Below, piece after piece: positions 48,080-62,085 of a stretch of DNA of 64,000 bases. Position numbers and translations under genes: made by a program. Origin of the DNA: Sphyrna mokarran (lineage: Eukaryota). The notes beneath the pieces are model-generated. The model saw only the letters and a list, made by a program, of their open reading frames with translations, searched no databases and was not told the DNA's origin. Every line of letters begins with the position of its first letter. Position 1 is the stretch's first letter. The stretch lies in the NCBI GenBank assembly GCA_024679065.1, contig JAGIQG010000014.1, forward strand, positions 6,386,001 through 6,450,000, in the 5' to 3' direction.

Positions 48080-50370
48080 TTTGAGGTTTGCATTTATTAT
48101 GGCACGTATTGTATTGTGAAACTATCAGTGGAATTATAAAATGGTCAGAGATTGGTTTTACTAATTGCAAAATTATTGAATATGCGATTTGTCGTTGTAA
48201 AATGCGATCCCATCTATTCATTGTCACACTTTCCCGTGTAATGTTAAGTAACATAAATCAATCGATTCTGTATTAAAAAAAAACAGTAAATGATGAAAAG
48301 ATTTCTCTTTGGCGATCAGTAACCAATGAACTCCCATGGGGATCAGTGCTGGGTCCGCAATTGTTTACAATACGTGTTAATAACTCGGAGGTAGGAGGTA
48401 TACGCGAATGCACCGCGTATAAATTGATAGGTGACACATATTTCGGACAAAACTCTGATTGCGAGAATGATAAAAACATTTTATAACTTAGGTATATTAA
48501 TGATGTGGGAAAACATTGGGCACATGTTTTATAACGTGGTAAAGTATCAGTCATATCGCCTTAAGAAAATGTTTTGATTATCTCTGTGAATTTGATAAAC
48601 TTATCCAAGAGCATTTCGGAAGTCATCGGTATTATGCATTAGGAAGACCAACGTTTCATTGTTGAGGGCCTATGTTAAGTTCATCACTAGTCCGACAGAG
48701 TGATTCAGAAACCATTTCACGAATGAAGTAAAAAATGTTAAAAAAAAGAACATTCCATATTAGTCAATTCAACGCGAGATGTGAATCGTGTATGACAAAT
48801 TAACAATACTTTTGAGCTATGTGGCCAACAACGCTGCAGTGGGGTAAAATATTTTGCAGCTACAATCCCATATTTTTGATTGTCTGGAGGTAATAATGTT
48901 TGGAATTTATTACAAATTTTGTGGTTTACAGTTTGAAAGTTGGTACTGGTCAGAGCCTTGATGATACCATGGAGACGGGAGGAATCTATCGAGATTTAGA
49001 GGAGACTGAACTGTGAATTGTTCATCCCATATTCCAATCTCTTTTTAACTTGAAACTGCAACGCTGCCATGAATCCAGCTCTATAAGTGTCCAGCTCTTG
49101 AAGTGTTGAAATAATATGTTTTTTTTTCGGTTTCCATTCATCGGTGAATGTATTGCACTCAGGCCTGGAACAAGCAAATTTAAAACTTTTGTCAAGAGTT
49201 TTCAATATCAGGTGGCCCGCTCGTGCATAGGTCGTTTTGACTTTGAAAATGAACTTTGCTAATATGAAAGAAGTCTTTTCAAACAAATCAAATTAAAAAG
49301 AACAACAAGAATAAAGAACAAAACAGCACGGGAAACAGGCCCTTCGGCCCAACAAGCCCGCGCCGCTACCCGCTGTTCCCACCTCTACCCGCGATCCCAG
49401 TCCATTTTTATAGATCTAAGGATTAAAAAACAAATTTGAGACAATTTAGGAAGAATTTGTTTTGCCAATTAGCCGAAGAGCACACCTTTGGGATGTGGGA
49501 GGAAACCGGAGCACCCGGAGAAAACCCACGCAAGCACGGAGAGAATGCGCAAACTCCCACAGACACAGGCCGAAATCCATGTATCTGCACAGCACAGCGA
49601 TAGTCCCTGAGCTGTCGTGTTGCCCATCAGATGGTCCAGGTCAAGCGTACACTAACGACGTGAAGCACTGGGATACTCTGGAAAACAATCCAAGAGCAGC
49701 TCTCTCACGACCCATCGCGTGTATGCCCCTCGTTAGACAACAAGGTGGACCAAAGCACCTGTAGGATTAAAAAAGAGTGAAAGTTGAACAAAATTTTTAG
49801 CAGACAAATTTGAAATGCATGATACTGCTGTTTTTAATGTTTTGTGGAGCCACTTGCTTCAAAAAATTCATGCCCCAAGAAACCCATTGCTAAAGATTGA
49901 TGCAACTTCACTGAATGTTTCAGATTTGTTAGCATCAGTTAAGAGTATTGTCATGCGTGTTCAAAATGATTACAACTCAATGGAAGCAGAGGTACACTAA
50001 CGTTAGCAAAAACAAAATCATGACTTTTGGATGATGAAAAGGTCGCAAGACACAGGAAGTCAGTTTTTTGATGAAACTACAAACAATGGCCCCGTTTTCA
50101 GAACGGAAATAAAAGATCATCATTGAGACTATCAATGTTACTTGTGACCAAAGAATACTGAAATTTCAGAACAGAATGAAACACTGAAGAAAACTGTAGA
50201 CTTATCTTTGTGCATTTCGACAGATGTTGGATGAGAATACCAAAGGCTACTGAAGTGAGACCGCAGTATAGAATATTCTTCTTGGCATCCTCAGATGAAG
50301 TAAGTGTCGATTTCAATTCAGCAAATGCAGGCATGATTTTTGGAAGTAACTAAAAAAGCATGAAAGCAGT
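48080..50370 (+). mobile_element. Decayed hAT-Tip100/ZMYM1-like transposase, interrupted by an old CR1 fragment and the SINE-like insert
   Basis: VLYCETISGIIKWSEIGFTNCK, SILVNSTRDVNR, DKLTILLSYV, DTAVFNVLWSHLLQKI. Confidence 0.7.
49302..49765 (-). mobile_element. Full composite V-SINE-like element with TSD ATTAAAAA(A)GA
   Basis: TSD at 49292-49301 and 49766-49776, empty site at 36354-36363. V domain and gggccgaagggcctgtttcccgtgctgt tail on the minus strand. Confidence 0.87.
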
Positions 50371-51957
50371 TCATCAGAAATAAACTTGCATACTATTGTG
50401 AGCTATGCTTTTCTGTCCTCTGGACGATGGAGGACGGGGCATGACGTCATTGGCATGATGGGCATGATGTAATTGAGGCGGGGTTGGAGGCTGATATCAA
50501 GGTGAGCAATCCTTTTTATTCAGTTATGGGATGGGGACACTGCTGGTAGAAGTCATAATTCACTATTTATCCCAAATCGTCCTTAAGAGAGCAGGTAGAG
50601 TCAAATAGGTTGCTGTATACCTGGACTGGCATGCAGATGACAGTAGGTGAGGATGGAATGTTTCCTTCCCCATTGGCATAAGTGAAACCGCCAAGTATTT
50701 ATGACAATTCATTCATGGTGACCACAGGATTTTTGTAAATGATGATTTGTAATTCTGCACCCTGATGGCAATTCACACCCAGAACTCCACAATATACGTT
50801 TTATATGAGAATTTTACAACTGTGTTTCAATGCTTCGAAGCCAGCTACCTTTGCTGCCTCAACAAAGGTCACAGAATCAAGACACAGGACAAATTCTCAG
50901 ACACACAGTTACTCGGAAGATGCAGTCTGGTCAAGATTTTCTCAATGTTATGAGGAAAAGTGTTCTGATGATTTGATGCAATCGCCAGAATGCCAGACAA
51001 CTGATTTCATCTCAAATCAGCGGCGCACAAAAGAAATGTTTCAAGGGAACTTTGCAAGTTATCATCCAAGACAACAAAAAATTGCTCAAATTAAATACTG
51101 GCCAAGTGATCAGAGGAGACTTCTGCAAAAGCAATTTCAATGGGTGAAATATCGTGCCCACACGGCAAGGAACTACTTTCATCGCTTTTTTATTGACTGA
51201 AATCTCAAATAGGTAAAATATATCAACGCACTCTGAAATTTTCTTTGCAGCTCGGTTGCATTGAGGTCAATCGCCAGCAGTAGGTTGCTGCCACTCGTTC
51301 AGAGTGATGCAACGTGTCCATCAAGCTGTGTCAAGCTCTGGCTCTCAAATTCCTACTGGTGCGTCAGAGTGACGGTAAAGAATGCTACAAAGCCTAATCT
51401 ATATTTCACGGTTAGGCAAGGGACACTCTGCAATAGTATCACTTCAAGTAATGTTTCATTAGCTCATACATATTGAAGTTCAATTAGCATTGATAATGAT
51501 AGATTAACACTAATGGTAAATTTGTAGTTTAGTTCCTACAATTCAGATTGTAGTAAAGGCACTGGAAAGTAAGATAATTGTCACAAATAATAACGGCTAT
51601 TCATCACTAATTATCACAATGCACATCAAATGAAAAGTTATGGACACAGGAGCGAAATACACGTGAGCTGTACATTAGATGCATGGTTTAAGTAAGTGCA
51701 TGATGAAGCTGACAGAATCTAACATTGTGTCCATGGGGATAGTTCATTCTGTCTTCTGCGAGCCAGCTCAAAACACATGTGCTCCGGGATTCTTTCCTGA
51801 TCGCACATGTTAATTGACAGAACTTCATGGATTAACAGTGTGTCGATTGGCCAACCCGGATTCCCTCTAGAGGAAAGGGATTTTTTGATTTAATTTGCTG
51901 AAAGTGACGCAATTAGTGCGTAGCCTGATTTTTTTTCCCTTAGGGAATGTATTACAG

Positions 51958-51965
51958 TATAAAAG
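51958..51965 (+). promoter_or_regulatory. Putative TATA box (TATAAAAG) of GPCR copy 5
   Basis: About 70 nt upstream of ATG 52035, with ATTGG (reverse CCAAT) at ~51846 and TGACGCAA at ~51905. Confidence 0.55.
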
Positions 51966-52034
51966 GCGACAGTCTCGCAATCTTTTACACAACGGTGCAT
52001 CGAGAGAAACGTTTGCATTCTTCTCGAAATCACA

Positions 52035-52104
52035 ATGGCCCGCCCAATAATTCTACAGTTCAATGATTTTTTCTATCCCGTGCTGGCAGCTTTTGGTACG
52101 CCTG
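52035..52104 (+). CDS. gpr139-like: GPR139-like GPCR copy 5, coding exon 1 (MARPIILQFNDFFYPVLAAFGTP)
   Basis: acaATGG start and phase-1 donor G|gtaagt at 52105. Not present in the ORF track. Confidence 0.9.
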
Positions 52105-52235
52105 GTAAGTTGTCTCATAGCTGCGGCATACCGGGCATGGGGGGATATCGAAAACTGATTTTAAAATAGGCATCATAAGCCTTGCGACTCCCTGGGAAAT
52201 GTGTAAATTTTTGAAGATATTGATGTATTTGTTTT

Positions 52236-52686
52236 ATCCTACGGGGACTTCGGTCCGCCTTGTATAAGAAAGGGAATACACGCGATGTGCCGTGAGAGGG
52301 CTGCTCTTGGATTTTTCAAGAGTAGCCTGTTGCTTCACATTGTTAGTATACGCTTGACCTGGGCCTGTTGATCGGCATCACGACAGCTGACGATTGCTGT
52401 GCTGTGCAGATACATGGATTTGGGCCGGTGTCTGTGGGAGATTATGCATTCTCCCCGTGCTTGCGTGAGTTATCTCCGGGTGCTCCGGTTTCCTCCCACA
52501 TCCCAAAGATGTGCTCTTAGGCTGATTGACAGAACAAATTCTCCCTCAATTGTCTCAAATTTGGTTCTAATGCATAGATCTATAAAAATAGACAGGGATG
52601 ACAGGATTCGTGGGTAGAAGTGGGAATATAGAGGTTGCGGAGCCATTGGGCCAAGGGCCTGTTTCCCGGGCTGTTTTTGTTCTTTG
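52236..52686 (+). mobile_element. Composite V-SINE-like element in the intron of copy 5
   Basis: Paralogue of 38798-39271. Confidence 0.8.
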
Positions 52687-55002
52687 TCACTCACTGCTCA
52701 CTGATTCAGCAAACTGATTGCGAGAAGGTCATTATTGCAATGTCTTTTCTCTGCCGAGATAAATTGTTGAATATCAGTGAGAGTCTCAACGGTTGTCATC
52801 GCCTGTGAGCCGCGGTTCAGCTCAGAATGTGACACCTGAAGTTTAAATTCCCTCCCCACTTTAACGGAGATTGAGGCTGATACTCTTCCCTTCCGACAGT
52901 TCATATTCTCTATGCGAATTATTTGCAGTGACAATCTGTATTCTTACTTCTTTAAGATGACAATACCTCGAAATGCGGCCTCTCGGGAAAGCAAAAATCA
53001 CTGGAATGTATTTCAAGGTAAAAGAAAACCTGTTTAGGAGGCTGCTGCTCTCCTCAGGGTTGCAAATCAGTTTCCCTTTCTGTGCCCGACAGCTCCCTTC
53101 CGCTGATGATAAACGTTAGAATCCCACCGCTTCGAATTTATTTCAATAGCTATTTTCTTATCTCACTGATTTATTTGAAAGACTATTATTATTTACATAA
53201 CGAGTGAATATTACGCTTACCGCCCCTGATATTGGACGCAGCTCTTGAAAGTAAACTTAAGACGCTAAGTTCAACGGATTGCCCCACCGTGCCGCCGCGA
53301 TCACTTATACAATTGGTCGGTGCATCACCTGATACAAGCCTCGTGGTGGATGGATTGAGTTGTCAAAGCTGCAGCGCAGCAAATTACTGTATAGAAATGA
53401 ATCATTTGTTTGGTCGCATTCATTTTATTTATTTGTGTGATGTGGGCATGCATGTCCATTATTTTTCATTTTTCGCTGCTCTTCGGATACGGGTGGTGAG
53501 TTGCATTCCTGATTCGCTGCTTTCGAAGTTGTAAGTGCACCCACAGTGCTGGTAGAGGAAAAGAGAGTTCCAAGATTTTGACACAATTACAGTGAAGGAA
53601 CAGCGATATATTTTCCACTCAGTTCGCTCAATGACTTTGTGACAACATTAAGATGGCGGTGTTCTCAGATATCTGCTGCCCGTTACTTTTTAGATGATCG
53701 TAGTCGAGGGTTTGGTATAATGCTGTGTAAGGTGCCTGGTGTGTTCCTTGAGTGCTGCTCACGGCTGCTATAGCGCGTCTGCAGTAGCGGTAGTTAACAT
53801 TTTGTGAGCGGGTTAGCAATCCGACTGCCTGCTTTGTCCTTCATTGTCTAGAACATCTTGAGGGTCTTTGGAGCTGCATTCGGGCAGGTAAGTGGAGAGT
53901 ATTCCATCACTCCATCAACTTATAAACAGTGCATAGGATTTTGGGAGACAAGAGGTCTGTTATTCACCGAAGCTTTCGAAACCGCTGATCTGCCTTTGTG
54001 GACATTATTTATTTGCTAAAATTAGCCAAATAAAGTGCATGCTAAAATCTGAAATAAAAGTAGGGAATGCTAGAAAAAGCGCCGACAATTTTCTTCCCGA
54101 CGGAAGCTGTCAGCCGTGCTGAGATTTTCTAAACTTTATTTTTCATATGGCTCGCACAGTTCAGGTAGAGTTTATGGTTGAAGCTAACAGTTGCGGACTC
54201 AATGATGGCATCGAATGTTAAGGGGAAATGGTTAGATTATGTATTGGTGTAAGCGGCCATTCCCCGATATTTGCGTGACACAGCCATTATTCCCACTCGT
54301 GAGCCCAAATCTGGATTTTGTCCAGATCTTGCTGCATTTAGACACGGGCTGCTTCGGTATCTGAAGACTCACATGTGATACATTGTGTAGCCATCAATGA
54401 TCATTCTCAATTATGTCGTTATATTGGAGTAATATAGATGAATCTGAAGACGTTTGAGCCGAGGACACTCACTGAGGAAATGACAAAATGTACAATTTAT
54501 TGAGCAAATCGGAATTTCCTTCCTGTGGATTTCCCTTCGGGCACGCGGCATGACGTTTGATTTCGACTTAGGATGAATGGAGTCTCGGGCTAGTGTCAGG
54601 GGTGATGCTAAATGTAATTAAATCGATATAGATGCAAGGAAGCTGATCCCAGATCACCCGGTTTATACAAGTCTCCGAAATCATAACTGATGCCATTTAA
54701 GACTTGGGTTCTTCAGTTGTCGATGGTGCTGAGGAGAGCTTTCCATTAACATTCTGTAGACTGAATCTGGCGACCCTCTCCTCAACATGTAGAAAAGATT
54801 GTACTTCTGTTACTGCGACTGGGAGAACATCGCAGGTGCTTAAATATTGATATTTCAATAAATATATCACCTTTGCTGTCTTGTGCAATAGACTGAGCCC
54901 ATGTGTATAAGCGAGCAAAAGTGCATCCAAACATTTCACGAAAGTATACTGAGTGTAACCAAACTGTTTCCATGACTTGGTTTTTCTCCCTTGTTTTTAT
55001 AG

Positions 55003-55931
55003 CGAATCTCGTGACCATCGTGATCCTCGCCAAAGGAAATTGCGGCCTTTCCAGATGTGTCTCTATCTACATGGTGGCCATGGCAACCGCAGATTTGTTA
55101 GTGATGCTCATCAATGTATTTTTATATAACGTTTTGACAAAACGTTTTCCAAATTCATTCCTCTACTACACTGTTGTTTGCAAATTAATTATATATATGC
55201 TTTGTAATAACTTCTATATGTCAGTATGGTTTACAGTTTCATTCACGTTTGACCGATATATTGCTATATGTAGTCAGAAGTTTAAAACAATCTATTGCAC
55301 CGCGAGAACAGCGGCTGCAGTTTTAACAACATCCTCAGTCCTTATCTATTTGCAGAACTTGAACGTTTGGTTTGCATTTGAACATGAAAGCACAAGAAAT
55401 GGTGTTCAATGGGGTGTCATCCCTAGGCAGGATTTTTATACTTCTCAAATTGGTGATGCATTTGTCTTGTTACAAAGTATCTTATTGAACTGGATTCCGT
55501 TCATTTTAATATTGCTATTTAATTTTTTGACAATCAGAAGGATTTTGTTGTCCAGCAAAGCTCGTGCCGGCTTGCGGGCTCAAAACAGTGAGAATCAGAA
55601 TGATCCAGAGATACAGAACCGAAAGAAGTCCATTATTTTATTGTTCACTATTTCTAGTAGCTTTATATTGTTGTGGGCGACAAGAGTCATTAGTTATCTA
55701 GCCAGTCGGATGCTTGTTTATGTCCGGCCGGATTACACATCTGCTGCATTTATCGCCACCGAAACCGGAACACTGCTCATTCATTTAAGTTCATGCACGA
55801 ACACGTGTATTTATGCAGCTACACAAGCTAAATTCAGGGAAGAGCTGAAGAAGATCGTGAAATTTCCTTGGACCATAATTCTGATGTTGCAAAAATATGC
55901 GAAATTAAACCTTGTCTCCCTGTTCAGGTAG
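55003..55931 (+). CDS. gpr139-like: GPR139-like GPCR copy 5, coding exon 2 (spliced product 332 aa, intact)
   Basis: Acceptor tttatAG at 55001-55002 and an uninterrupted 7TM frame. Confidence 0.9.
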
Positions 55932-56149
55932 TAGTGAAGCTCATGTTTGAGTGCCGGCCTTCCTGCAACAAAAATATAACGTGTTTCTTTAAATAAGGGA
56001 CCCTAGAAGTACTGGGCCATTCTTTGTTGTATCTTCTGATGCCTACTGCTATTCGTCAGTAAGTTTTAGTGTTTCCTTCTGTAGCGGCTTACTCCAATCT
56101 GTGCGATCAGTGAAAATACGAATGTTATCATTCAATAGTGGAGTAAAAT

Positions 56150-56424
56150 AGAACATAGAACATTACAGCGCAGAACAGGCCCTTCGGCCCTCGATGTTGC
56201 GCCGACCAATTAGGAAAAAGCAATGACCCTCTAACCTAAACCATTCCCTTTTCGTCCATAAACGTATCTACTAACCTCTTAAACGCAACCAAACTTGGCG
56301 CATCTACAACTGACGCAGGCAGGGCATTCCATACCCTTACCACCCTCTGGGTAAAGAACCTATCTCTGACATCCGTCCTATAACCACCACCCCTTAATTT
56401 AACGCTGTGTCCCTCATAAAGCTA
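56150..56424 (-). mobile_element. Short 3' fragment of a young CR1 (short-UTR subfamily), specific to unit 5
   Basis: (ttctatg)n-type tail, gggccgaagggcctgttctgcgctgt and the ORF2 end (FFTQRVV..WNALP) on the minus strand. Other units read gagtaaaatgggttcgc at this site. Confidence 0.85.
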
Positions 56425-56429
56425 TGAGT

Positions 56430-59400
56430 TCGCATCAGTCCTAACTACCGTACAGTATACGCAAAGTCTTACACCGCATGTTCTACGATACATCGCAGGT
56501 ACTGCCTTGCAGCGCATCTATTGCCTTACATTGTCGGTGCTATCTTAAATTACAAGAACTGTGTTGCACCATAGCTACTGTCTACACCGCAGGTACTGAC
56601 TACAGTACAGGTTCAACATTACACAGCAGGTATTGCCGACACCACTGGGGCTATCTTATACTTTCTCCGCAGGCTCACCACAGATACAGCAGATACAAAC
56701 CCGATGAACCACCTTCCAGCACAGGTGATTTATTGCATGACAGGAATCGTCCTGCACTGCAGGCACTATCCTGAATCATGCTACTCCCTGATGCTGCGAC
56801 TTCTGCCTGATACCGCAGCACTACCTTACACGTCCCTGCCTTACATCGCAGGCAATGCATACACCACAGTTTCTCCCTTAAACCACCGCGACTGCCTTCT
56901 ACCACATACTGCCTTACGACAGGGGTACCACATTGCACCGCAGGTATTACCTTGAACCGCGGACGCTGCATTCCACCACAGATGCGGCCTTACACCAAAG
57001 ATGTTGTTTCACACTTGAACAACTTCTTTACACAACAGGTACAACAGGTACACCGCACGCAACTGTCTTGCGCCACCGGTTGTATCTTACGCACAGGCGA
57101 TGCTTCGCAGCACAGCTACTGCCACTACATGCCAACGCATACACCATAGTTTCTGGTTACAGCACAGTTGCTCTCGAACTCCGCACCCAATGTCTCACAC
57201 CACAGGTTCTCCTTGAAAACACATTCGCTCACTTCCAGCAGAATACTAACTTGAACCAAAGGTACTACCTTGAACCACTGAGACCGCATTGTACATTTTT
57301 TACACCGAGGCTACTTCCTTGCCAAAACGATACCGCCTTACGCCAGGAATTTTATTGCACAACAGATATTGCCTTGCACTACAACTAATGATTTGCACAG
57401 CAGATATTGCAGCTATTGCCTTATGCCACAGGTTCTGCCTTACACTGCAGGTATCACTGACCCTAAAGGAACTAACTCACACTGCATGCGTTGCTTAAAA
57501 ACGCAGTGTCTATGTAAACCATAGTAACTACCCTGAACTTCAGAAGCTGCATTACACAACAGGATTTAAACTGAAGCTACTTTCTTACACCATATGTATC
57601 ATCTTTCCTTGTAGGTGTTGCGTTCTACCACAAATATTTTTTATTTACAATCCACTGCAGCAATGGCTTGCCTCCCACCATAAGTCTGCCTTCAGCGTAG
57701 TGGCTGCCTTCATTATAAGCACTGCCTTCCACTACATGTTCTACTTTATACCGCAGGTACTACCTTTCAAAGCGTAGATTGTCTTTACTCCACGAACTGC
57801 ATTACAGTGCAGTAACGACACCAATGATACTACCTTACACCGAGGGGAATGACTTCATCTCAGACACTTCCTTACATAAAGGTACTGTCGTCACCAGCAC
57901 AGTGTTAAAGGCCTATCATTGAGACCTTAATCCACAGCTTTTGCCTTTCACGACAAGTACTTCCACAGGCTGCAGGTACTTTCTTCACTGCGGGAATTGG
58001 TTTGCAGCACAGTTATTGCCTTACACCTCAGTTGCTATCTACACCACAACTGATGTCTTAAACCACAGATGTTGCCTTACATCATACATGTTGTCTTACA
58101 CTGAATCTATTTCGTTAAAACATAGCTACTGCATTACACCGTAGGTAATGCCCTGCACTGCAAGCACAACATAGCTCCACAGCTACTGCCTTACACCATA
58201 GATGCTCCCTAAAAAAAAACTGTTACTGTTTTTTTTCGCGCAGCTGCTACCTGAAACCACAAGTTTTGTGTTCTGCAACTGATACACTTTGCACCTCAAG
58301 GAACGTTTAATAATGCACAAGTGACGCTATTATGCTTTAAGAAATGCAATTTAATCATGTTTGCTGTAGTAAGAAGCTGGCATTGAGCCGCCTACTAAAT
58401 GTCATTTAATTGTTCCTTAAGTTATTAAATTGTTTATTTATTTATTTTCAATCTAGGCGTAATACATTCTCATGGAGTTTATGGCAACTTTGGAATTGCT
58501 GGGGGCCGATTTTTGACAGGGCAAGCGGAAGAGTTTTATTTTTTCCTCGAAGGAGATCTTTTGCTTTCAGTTTCTCTTGCTGGTTTGTTGGAAGTTGTTT
58601 GGATTCTAGGCTGTATGCAATGGTTTGTCCCTCCCTGGCAATAAAAATTCTGCTGGCTAGTGGAAGTAGACTTTCGTACTTTTCAGCATGAACATTTTGT
58701 TGTTGGTAGTTTGCTAGCTGGAGGAGAGCAGTGGCAGTATATGCACAGTGTGGGAGTCTATGAATGCAGAAGGCAGTGTTTCATTTCTCCATCCAAAGGA
58801 CCACATGGTTTGTAGAACTGAAACGTCATTGAGCATTTGTATTTTCTGTGTTGAATCGAAATTAAGTGCATATGTTAGTAAGTGTGTTATGTTGGTACGG
58901 CACATTGTGCTCTGAAGATTGACAAATCATCGTTGTTTCTGTTATTGTTTGCGATTGGTAAAAGTTACTGCTAATTTTCTTTGGGTCTCTTAACTGTATT
59001 CTGGAATTAAATTTTCTGATTAAAGCGCACTGGTCTGTCGTTTAATTCATATCTGAAGTGAAGCATCTCATGGTTATCCAAACCAAATTCAAAACGCAAA
59101 ACATAAAGTTTTATGACTTCATAAAACACACGAAATTTCTGACCTAGATTTTAACCAGGCAAGTACTGCCTTACACCGCAGTTGTTGCGTTGCAAAGACA
59201 GGTGTTGTCTTACGCACATGCACTTGCTTACCTCATAGTTTCGGCCTTACAGTACTGGAGCTTTTTGCCAGCGCAGGAAACAATTGCACCAAAGGTATTG
59301 TATTGCACTATACTCACATCCTTACACGGCACGTATTGATTTACACCACAGGTATACCTTCCAAATCCAAATACTCTCTTCACTGTACGACATTCCTCTC

Positions 59401-59985
59401 AGAGCAGTAACGATGTCACATAGATGGTACTGTCTTACATCGTCGGACAATATCTCACCACATAGATACTGCCTTCACCAGAGGAACTGTCTGCTCTTCA
59501 TTAGTGTCTTATATTGCAGGTACTGCACTATATCAAAGGTTTTTATAACTGGTGCCACCTACTACAGATATGCTGCCTTGCGCCACGGATATATCTTAAA
59601 CCGCAGGAAGTGTCTTACAACACATGTTCCACTTTGGACCACAGATACTGCCTTACATCACAAATGCTGCCTTGCACGAAAGTTAATACCTTACACCACA
59701 GTTCTGACTTGCAGATCAGTTATCCTCTGAAATTGCTGGATCAGATTTAAATTACATGTACCTTACCTGGTTATGCCCTACACCACAGCTACTGCATTAC
59801 ACCACAAGTACTACCGGACACTGCGGTTTCTTCTAAAACTGTAGCAATTGTTTCAAACCAGATACTGCTTTATTGTGTGGATTGACTTACACTACAGTTG
59901 CTATGTAACACAGAGCTAGTGTCTTGCACTACAACTGCCGCGTTCGACCACAGGCAGCATCAGACCACAGATACTTGCACATGGC
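56430..59985 (+). repeat. 19-bp minisatellite, unit 5 (interrupted ~58300-59160)
   Basis: Same periodicity as the other units. Confidence 0.8.
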
Positions 59986-62085
59986 AGATGCCATCTGATG
60001 ATTCTTGTGGCATAATGTCATTCCCCAATTCAATGCTAAATGCGAGAGCTTAAAATGAATATAATCTTTCCGCTCTTTGTCATTTGTCTCCGATCGATCA
60101 GTTCATCCAAGTAGTCTGCGTTCATCTATCCTGTTGTAGTTCTTCTCGTATGCATCACCTGATCAGAATTCGTCAACATGCATGGACCTGATATCGATTC
60201 AGAACCTACAGAATGTCAATAGGCGCAATTTATCCAGATGATTAATCGCTTCGTCCTGGAGATTGCATTGTTTTTGCATTCCTGAGCAGCACATATTAGC
60301 TGATATAATTTGGCAGCTGCAGCAATGAAAGGGGAAATGCAGGATAGATACCAGTCAAACTTCTTCAATCCCTCCATTTGGAATAGTTTGCCAGAAAATA
60401 AACGATTGTTTCCTGTTCAGTGTTGTGCACAGGCTAACCTTCACTGCGGCTGTGCATGGTAAATTAGTGAACTAGTCAGGAAACAACCGAGATGTAATTT
60501 ACGCGATGTTGTCATAAACAAGTGCTCAAAAACACAGTCCATCATGTGGGCAATATCGCTGTAAGAAATTATTAATATCAGGAAAAGAGTAAGTACATAC
60601 GTGACACCCAACCGGAAGACTCAGGTCTTATATACATATGATGGCAAATTGAATAAACGAAGGGCAGCAGTTTTTATCCATTTGTGCGACGGGGGAGCTG
60701 TTGGCCTCGGACACAATTTACTGTTCATCTCAAATGGCCCCCGAGAGAACATTTAGCAGTCAATTAGATTCTTTTGTGGTTCGAGAAAGGAAAAGAAAAA
60801 CTGAGCTGGAATATATGTGCTTCTTCCATTCGCTTCAACAGAAGCAGACAAAAGTGCAAACAAACAGGCACATATCCTCAACTATTACTTTTCCTTCAGG
60901 AAGAGAGGTTCGCGTTGTCTCATCATAGTCATTTCAGCAGAGCGCTCCAATCCTGAAAGCGATTAAATCAAGGCACTCAGAGGTTTGAACATGGCGCCTT
61001 TACAGTGCACAAAGGGACTTCCGTATTGACAAGACGCGTACGTGTGACGCACAATCTCCTTCCGGCGTGATTCTGTACGGAAGATATGACCCAATAACTT
61101 GCTCATTTTTTGTGGTTTCTTGAAATTGAAAGCAGCGCCCATTCACTGAGTAGCACATTGAACCCCAGGCTAAATGTTTCATGGCCAATTTGAAGCAGCA
61201 TGGCTGCCTTCACTATTTGATTAAAGGCACGGCTCCCGCTTTTATTTGCATATTCCGATCTTTGGTAGTTTATCCTCTCCAGCGCATTTCCCTCACATAC
61301 AGACTGGCTTCATTTTAGAAGTTGTCTGACTTTCACCTTGCTAGTACCGTGTGATGTGACAATTGCTGTCACCCATTATCTGCACTGCTTCTTCAACGGA
61401 TTTGGAAGATTTCATTAATTTTGGGGAAACAGAGAACCAGAGACGGATTGTGCGTGTGAGAAAGGATTTTATTTGGTGTTCCATGGGGTTGAGTGTCAAT
61501 GCAGGAAACTGTGCTCTAAATTGTGTGAAACATAAAAGCTAGAGATAGATCAATCCGAGTCTTAATCAAAGAAATTTCACCATTTACCCCTTCTGAATCT
61601 TTCCTATCTCACGTACAGTAACATAAATTGTTGCATCCTTTCACACAGTTCTTGCTGCAACCATTCAACACGTTGATGGTGCATTTGCAAAAACCTGCAA
61701 CAAAAACAACATAATAAGTATGAATCTGCTGCAGCACATAACGGATCAAAAGAGATGTGCAGTGGTCGCTGACAGCGAACAGCGATTTCCCAAATACGTC
61801 ATGGAACGCAAGCCAAAGGGAATTTTGATGATAGCATTAACGTTCAGTTTAACAGTGCAATGTAAGAAACTGTGTGAATCGGAAGAAAGGTTGAAACTTT
61901 ATGAAAGCAAAATGTAAGAAGTAGGAGAGATGTATTTGCGGAGGAGGTGCAACATTGGAATCAAATTGGTTCAAAAAGGCAGGATAACTAACAGATTATG
62001 GGCCTCCAGAAATTTTATACCGCACTTCCTGTCTTTCTCGATGTCGCTGTTTTGATTTGACACCATGCTCAGAACAAATTCAAAA

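Noticed and set aside
50805-51200. 131-aa ORF upstream of exon 1 (..LMQSPECQTTDFISNQRR..)
   Set aside because: Non-ATG start, frameshifted or interrupted in paralogous units, and no recognisable motif.
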